From a virus (Duplodnaviria > Heunggongvirae > Uroviricota > Caudoviricetes): a DNA stretch of 11,387 nt. The notes under the pieces are model-generated. The model made no database searches. It worked only from the letters and a program-made list of their open reading frames with translations, and had not been told where the DNA came from. Positions within the stretch are counted from its first letter, which is position 1; each line of letters begins with the position of its first letter. This document shows, piece by piece, positions 7,000 to 11,387 of the stretch. The stretch lies in the IMG/VR virus record IMGVR_UViG_2654587686_000004, positions 1 to 11,387 of that record; one strand, 5' to 3'. The translations under genes were made by a program, and so were the position numbers.

Positions 7000-8633
7000 G
7001 CTCTTACGATGTAATTGAATGCAACGTTGCGAGGGCGAGTTTCTGTACCTACATTTCCACTAATTTCACCAAACCGTTTTACATTACGAGAGCTAATGGC
7101 TCGTAGTGAGGAAGGCACCTTTAAACCGGGTTCGTCTGTTTTAACTATTCCCCCGTCCCCGTATGTAGCCAGTATTCCAGGGTTTACTCCTTCCCGTGCA
7201 CTTCCCGCGGCAAGTCCGCCCCCGGTCCATAATTCCATATAGTGTGCATGATCCAAAATTGTGTGTGGCTGCCAATTAAGCAAAGCGCGACCAGCATCCA
7301 CCCCGCGCCCATCATCCCAGCCGCGAATAAATTCTCCCCGTAAATCCGGTAATTTATTGGCGGGGTAGGCTTTTGCCAGTTTGGGGTACATTTCAGAAGA
7401 AAATGCTGCGCCGTTACATTTCAACCACCCCGCTGGCAGCGTGGCTGAGGGCCATGGAACGGCCACACCAACAGGCAGCGCAGAGCCTTCCCCCAAACCA
7501 AGGTAATCAAGAACTCCCTGAGTGCTGGTTTTGCCAAGAATGGCACGTCCAACACTTGTCAACGCGGTTAACGCGGCACGATCTGCCCCTGTAAAATATG
7601 GGAGTTTATCTGCTGATGTGGCAAGCTCCGCCAGCGCCGTCAGGGTGGCATCCTTCGGTTGCTTACCCGCAAGCGCGTTAGTCATGGTGGTCGCAAAATT
7701 CGGGTCATTGCCCAGCGCCGCAGCCAGTTCGTCCAGCGTGTTCAGTGCATCAGGTGACGAATCTACAAGTGCGGCAATCGCGGCCATAACGAAAGCCGTG
7801 CTTGCGATCTGGGTACTATTAGTCCCCTGTGCCGCCGTTGGTGTTGTTGGCGTTCCGGTCAGTGCCGGGCTGTTTAATGGTGCTTTCTTGTTCGTTTCAT
7901 CCATTACCGCCTTAACAGCTTTTGGTGTCGCTGCCAGCGTTTCAGACGTGCTGTTCGTGGCGCTACTGAGCTGAACAATCCCTTTTTGTGTAGTGGTGGC
8001 GTTCTGGGCGGTATATTTCCCGTTAGCCAGGTCATATGCAGCCTTAACCGCTTTCGGTGTTGCGGCCAGTGTTTCTGATTCACTGTTAATTGCACTGCTT
8101 AACTGAGTAAAACCTTTTACGGTCAGCGAGGCGTCCGGGTGACGTCGTGACTGTTCGTGCTCTGAGATTTTATCATCCACATATTTGCGGGTTGCCAGAA
8201 CCACAGACGGGTCGATTTTCAGCGTGATGGCTTCGGTGTTCGTGACAACCAGAATCATGCGGATAGTCTGGGTGCGTCCACTGCCTTCCTGCAACTGCGG
8301 TTTGTACGTTTCCGGGCAGTTTGCCACCGCAATAAGTACGCCTTCATCATCATAAAGACCAATCTCACGGATCCAGAATCCTCCCTCGTTTTCAGGGATG
8401 ATTTGTTCCGCAATAATCTGGCTCTGATTGTTAGGGTCAACACTCAGAAGATTCAGCGGTGCAATGCGTTTCTGGTTAATCAGTTTTGTTTGTGCAGGGT
8501 CTGGTGTTGGTAACACACCATTTGCATCACCAACGGCCATTTGCGTCAGATTCAGCTTACTGCCGAGCATCGTCGCGTTAGCCAGTCGTGCCGCGCCCTG
8601 ATTAGTCAGAATGGCGTAGTATTTCACTGTCAT
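6993..8633 (-). CDS. Tail-fibre protein (P2 gpH-like constant N-terminus fused to expressed C-terminal cassette F)
   Basis: 546-aa ORF whose ATG overlaps the gpI stop (ATGA). The N-terminal ~160 aa (MAVGDANG, GGFWIREIGLYDDEGVLIAVAN, KPQLQEGSGRTQT) resemble P2 gpH. Residues ~381-546, downstream of crossover site s6, have the same collar-like cassette architecture as the five silent cassettes and end ETRPRNVAFNYIVRAA. Confidence 0.93.
   Translation of the reverse strand: MTVKYYAILTNQGAARLANATMLGSKLNLTQMAVGDANGVLPTPDPAQTKLINQKRIAPLNLLSVDPNNQSQIIAEQIIPENEGGFWIREIGLYDDEGVLIAVANCPETYKPQLQEGSGRTQTIRMILVVTNTEAITLKIDPSVVLATRKYVDDKISEHEQSRRHPDASLTVKGFTQLSSAINSESETLAATPKAVKAAYDLANGKYTAQNATTTQKGIVQLSSATNSTSETLAATPKAVKAVMDETNKKAPLNSPALTGTPTTPTAAQGTNSTQIASTAFVMAAIAALVDSSPDALNTLDELAAALGNDPNFATTMTNALAGKQPKDATLTALAELATSADKLPYFTGADRAALTALTSVGRAILGKTSTQGVLDYLGLGEGSALPVGVAVPWPSATLPAGWLKCNGAAFSSEMYPKLAKAYPANKLPDLRGEFIRGWDDGRGVDAGRALLNWQPHTILDHAHYMELWTGGGLAAGSAREGVNPGILATYGDGGIVKTDEPGLKVPSSLRAISSRNVKRFGEISGNVGTETRPRNVAFNYIVRAA
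7488..7513 (+). repeat. Invertase crossover site s6 at the H constant/variable junction
   Basis: TTCCCCCAAACC-AA-GGTAATCAAGAA. The left half is identical to s1-s5 and the core is AA; the right half is the diverged H constant-region sequence (codons for VLDY). Any cassette joined here gives the same in-frame YLGLGEGS junction. Confidence 0.75.
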
Positions 8634-9238
8634 GCGTTTACTCTCAGATTATCAATTAAATGAATGGCCGGGGCAGGGAAATAATCCCCTTCGACAATAA
8701 TGGACTCCGGGGTGTAGGGATAAACCGTCAGGGCATCGCCGTGATAGCATCCCGTACCAACGAAAATCTTTCCGTTCACACTCAGGCTGATCGCCAGCCC
8801 CGTCAGATGGCGACTTACTGGTTTTGCATCCGCAATAAGGCGCTCAAGTTCCTGATACATTTCATCGGTGATGCCCTGATCAAGTACTCCGACAACAATG
8901 CGAAATGTTCCTGGCTCCTCGTTGAGTTGCCACCACTCCTTTACTTCAATCAGGTAGCCGAGAGGCTCCACGGCTCTTCGCAGTGCGCTGATGGTCCCTT
9001 TGTGTCGGTGTATCAGCCATGCATCACGAATTACCTGTCGCTTTGTCTCTTCCGGCCAGTTGCGATCCCAGCGGTCAACGGAAAACGCCCAGGCGAGATA
9101 AGGCAGCAGATGCACCGGGCAGGTATCCGGCGACCACAGCGTATTGAGGTCTACCGGAATGTCTGTAATGCGTGTTCCGACGGCTTCGGCACAACGCATG
9201 AAACTGCTGGCTGATGGTGGTAACAACGAATTACTCAT
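8630..9238 (-). CDS. Baseplate/tail protein, P2 gpI-like
   Basis: From the ATG at 9238-9236 the protein reads MSNSLLPP...NTLWSPDTCPVHLLPYLAWAFSVDRWD...RLIADAKPVSRHL, resembling P2 gpI. This ATG overlaps the last codon and stop of gpJ (ATGAGTAA); the tracked ORF start at 9271 would overlap gpJ by 41 nt and is less likely. The stop overlaps the H start. Confidence 0.85.
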   Translation of the reverse strand: MSNSLLPPSASSFMRCAEAVGTRITDIPVDLNTLWSPDTCPVHLLPYLAWAFSVDRWDRNWPEETKRQVIRDAWLIHRHKGTISALRRAVEPLGYLIEVKEWWQLNEEPGTFRIVVGVLDQGITDEMYQELERLIADAKPVSRHLTGLAISLSVNGKIFVGTGCYHGDALTVYPYTPESIIVEGDYFPAPAIHLIDNLRVNA

Positions 9239-10127
9239 TGCGTCCACCTTCGCTGATGGTGAATGACTCACAGCGCGCCGCCTGTATGTCGCTGATGGCC
9301 ATATTCTGTGTGGGTTCGATTATCTCCACGCGTTGCACGCCGTGCACATGCAGTGCGGCAGCAATGGCGGACAACGCCACGTCCTGACCGATAAGCCCCT
9401 GTTCAGCCAGCCACTTCCTGAATGACGATTCCGCCGCGGCCAGAATAGGTTCGGATTCCGGACCGGGGTAAAAGTACAGTTTTGCATTCAGCCGCCATGT
9501 CACGATTCTGGCGCTCTGTACGGTCAGGCGGTCGGCCACCGGGCGGGTATCCTCTGCATTCAGAACGGCGCGAACGGTATTAAGCAACGCCTCCGTTGCA
9601 GTGCCGTCGCCCTCAGTGGACAGGATGGAAAGCGTCACACAGGCCGGAGACGGGCTGATGGCCCGCGCATCACGCACCAGACCGCTGGCGCTGCGTGCAA
9701 AATACTCGTATGCGCCTGACGGGCCTGCAACACTCAGGCCGTCATACGCCCGTTGCGCCCGTAGTCTCAGCGAGGTGTCGCTCTCCATCACCGCGTCGGT
9801 GGTATCCGTTGCCGGAGTGATAACCAGGCGCTTTGTGTTCATATTGCCCGCGAGGTTGTCCAGGTTTGTCCCTGAACCGTGGCTTAACATACAGGCGCGT
9901 GCGCCCTCATTGACCCGCTGGCGTAACAGCATTTCACGAAACGACATGGTTTGAGCGATAACGTTAAGGGGTTCCGATTCCAGCTCCAGCGCGGCGGAAA
10001 CGGCTTCACGCTGTTCGGCGGGATAGGACGCAATCATCATGGCCTTTGTGTCAGCCAGAATTGCCTCAAAATCAGGCTCCGCGATGATGGCGGGTTCCGG
10101 TAACTGGGAAAGGTCAACAGCAGGCAT
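9231..10127 (-). CDS. Baseplate assembly protein, P2 gpJ-like (baseplate J family)
   Basis: 298 aa, MPAVDLSQLPEP..., with blocks (RQRVNEGARA, YDGLSVAGPSGAYEY, SPSPACVTLSILS, RPVADRLTVQSA, LHVHGVQRVEI) resembling P2 gpJ. ATG is 3 nt after the gpW stop. Confidence 0.9.
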   Translation of the reverse strand: MPAVDLSQLPEPAIIAEPDFEAILADTKAMMIASYPAEQREAVSAALELESEPLNVIAQTMSFREMLLRQRVNEGARACMLSHGSGTNLDNLAGNMNTKRLVITPATDTTDAVMESDTSLRLRAQRAYDGLSVAGPSGAYEYFARSASGLVRDARAISPSPACVTLSILSTEGDGTATEALLNTVRAVLNAEDTRPVADRLTVQSARIVTWRLNAKLYFYPGPESEPILAAAESSFRKWLAEQGLIGQDVALSAIAAALHVHGVQRVEIIEPTQNMAISDIQAARCESFTISEGGRNE

Positions 10128-10130
10128 GAT

Positions 10131-10481
10131 TTACTCTCTCAGCGTGATGGTTAATTCAACATTCTGCATGGTCTGCATGACAGTGCCCGACAGCGTCACC
10201 CCGGCGCGGCCTCCTGCCTTCCAGACAACGTCGATAGCGTCCAGGGCAATGCGGGGTTCCCATCGCGTCAGTGCAATCACGGCAGCACTCATGCATTGCA
10301 GACGCGTGGTGTTATTCATGGGTTCGTCAATCAAATCAGGCACAAGGCTGCCATATTCCCGTCGCATAACCCGGCTTGCCAGCGGGGTGGTCAGGATGTC
10401 CCTGACTGACTGTTTCAGGTGCTCCATATCGTTCAGGTTTCCCGTTCCGTCCGGGTTCATTCCTGTGTAGCGGGTTGTCAC
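10131..10481 (-). CDS. Baseplate wedge protein, P2 gpW-like (GPW/gp25 family)
   Basis: 116 aa, MTTRYTGMNPDG...SRVMRREYGS...LTRWEPRI, resembling P2 gpW. The start codon is GTG (10481-10479) overlapping the gpV stop (GTGA). Confidence 0.85.
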   Translation of the reverse strand: MTTRYTGMNPDGTGNLNDMEHLKQSVRDILTTPLASRVMRREYGSLVPDLIDEPMNNTTRLQCMSAAVIALTRWEPRIALDAIDVVWKAGGRAGVTLSGTVMQTMQNVELTITLRE

Positions 10482-11059
10482 TGCGGGCCTCCTGTCGAAT
10501 CGCTGCCACCTTTAACGCCACCGTGTTTATGCGTATGCACGGTAATGCCGTTTGAGGTGAAATTGCCGCCGCTGTGCGTGATATTGCCGCTCATCTTTCC
10601 CCCTTTTGTGACGTCAAGCGTCGCCGTTCTCAGAAGGTCTGTGCATTCCACGACGGGCGTATCCAGTGTCACGCTGACGGATGCCTGCAGGGTGGCTGTT
10701 TTCATGCCGCTGGCGCTCAGTGCGCCTGCGTCCGCGTCGTAGCGGAACACCGCGCCATCCGGCGCGCTGACCACGATTTCTTTCAGGCTTTTGCCGGGGG
10801 CCGGAATGGCATCACTCCACAGGCTGCCAATTATCATGGCGGTTTCCGGGTTGCCGCCAATGCAGGCAATTGCCACCTGTTCGCCTGGTGATGGCGGCAG
10901 CCACACATTGAAGGCTCCCGCGCGCGTGGTGTTCCAGCGCAACCAGCCTGTTTCCAGTTCGCCGCTGCGAACGCGCACGCGCCAGGACTTCTCATCAACT
11001 TCAGAGATGATCCCGGTGCGGATGATATTGCTCAGTAGCCGCATGAGTTCTGCGCTCAC
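10478..11059 (-). CDS. Baseplate spike/hub protein, P2 gpV-like
   Basis: 193 aa with IRTGII, WLRW, PSPGEQV, a Gly-rich middle and the C-terminal GITVHTHKH, resembling P2 gpV. GTG start overlaps the gpS stop (GTGA). Confidence 0.88.
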   Translation of the reverse strand: MSAELMRLLSNIIRTGIISEVDEKSWRVRVRSGELETGWLRWNTTRAGAFNVWLPPSPGEQVAIACIGGNPETAMIIGSLWSDAIPAPGKSLKEIVVSAPDGAVFRYDADAGALSASGMKTATLQASVSVTLDTPVVECTDLLRTATLDVTKGGKMSGNITHSGGNFTSNGITVHTHKHGGVKGGSDSTGGPQ

Positions 11060-11387
11060 CGTACAGCCTCCGCAATCCGGCCCAGCACCGTGTTATAAAT
11101 CAGGCGCTCATCTGCCTGGCTGATACCCAGCAGCTCACGTACCGGGTAATCGGTGAAAATGCCCGGCGCAACCTGATCGCGCTCACCGAACTGATGAACG
11201 CGTGCAATACGTGCGGCCACGCCGCTGTAACCCACCGTCACACCGGAAGCATCTGCACGGGCTTTCAGGTAGCGGGCGGTGCGCAGTTTTGCGAACATGG
11301 GGACGCGCTTTGTGCTGTCCTGGTTGATGCGCCGGGTGCGTATTTCCAGAAAACGGTCGATGTCATCCCGGTAAAACGTGCGGATAT
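11056..11387 (-). CDS. Tail completion protein, P2 gpS-like; 5'-truncated by window end
   Basis: The reading frame is open from the window edge (11387) to the stop at 11056-11058; the ATG at 11298 used by the ORF track is internal. Position immediately upstream of gpV and the C-terminal sequence are consistent with P2 gpS; family assignment is less certain than for the others. Confidence 0.65.
   Translation of the reverse strand, partial: IRTFYRDDIDRFLEIRTRRINQDSTKRVPMFAKLRTARYLKARADASGVTVGYSGVAARIARVHQFGERDQVAPGIFTDYPVRELLGISQADERLIYNTVLGRIAEAVR

Larger units (their letters stand above)
3913..7513. other. Multiple-inversion (shufflon-like / Min-like) tail-fibre host-range switching region
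   Basis: Bounded by oppositely oriented s1 and s6 with s2-s5 inside. Contains cassettes A-F and tfa, and is flanked on one side by the invertase gene and on the other by the H constant region. This matches the architecture of Mu G, P1 C, e14 P and p15B Min regions. Confidence 0.8.

Noticed and set aside
3930-7501. Diversity-generating retroelement as the source of tail-fibre C-terminal variability
   Set aside because: No reverse transcriptase ORF and no template/variable repeat pair in the window. The cassettes differ by whole divergent cores rather than adenine-specific substitutions, and a serine invertase with crossover sites explains the architecture.
5474-7513. Regularly spaced short repeats (about every 440-520 bp) that could look like a CRISPR-type array
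   Set aside because: The repeats are 26-bp recombinase sites embedded in about 210 bp of conserved coding sequence, the spacers are protein-coding cassettes, and spacing is far larger than CRISPR repeat-spacer units.
7015-11123. ORFs antisense or out of frame within H, I, J, W and V (7015..7242 +, 7373..7594 +, 7522..7974 +, 7904..8095 -, 8255..8443 -, 8660..9214 +, 9601..9954 +, 10039..10470 +, 10336..10521 -, 10419..10742 +, 10574..10891 +, 10791..11123 +)
   Set aside because: Fully embedded in genes with strong family identity and tight translational coupling; compositions are typical of spurious frames in GC-rich coding DNA.

Overview
This window is the tail, baseplate and tail-fibre module of a P2-like prophage or phage, and its most interesting content is a multi-cassette invertible tail-fibre region (3913-7513). 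All family assignments are from reading the translations against remembered P2, Mu, lambda and Hin/Gin proteins; no search was run. On the + strand a tape-measure protein (3..2732) and a gpU-like tail protein (2745..3233) end at a bidirectional hairpin terminator. Converging on the - strand are partial gpS, gpV, gpW, gpJ, gpI and the tail-fibre gene H, all joined by overlapping stop/start codons. Between H and a Gin/Hin/Pin/Cin-family serine invertase gene (3260..3859, -) six 26-bp hix/gix-like crossover sites delimit six alternative tail-fibre C-terminal cassettes. One site is inverted and five are direct; one cassette is currently fused to H and five are silent and lack start codons. Only one tail-fibre assembly chaperone gene is present. 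Each cassette has a conserved ~70-aa collar-like N-terminus, a hypervariable core and a conserved C-terminus ending NYIVRAA. The arrangement looks like a shufflon-like or Min-like host-range switch built into a P2-type tail. The remaining ORFs in the six-frame track are antisense or out-of-frame overlaps of these genes and were rejected.
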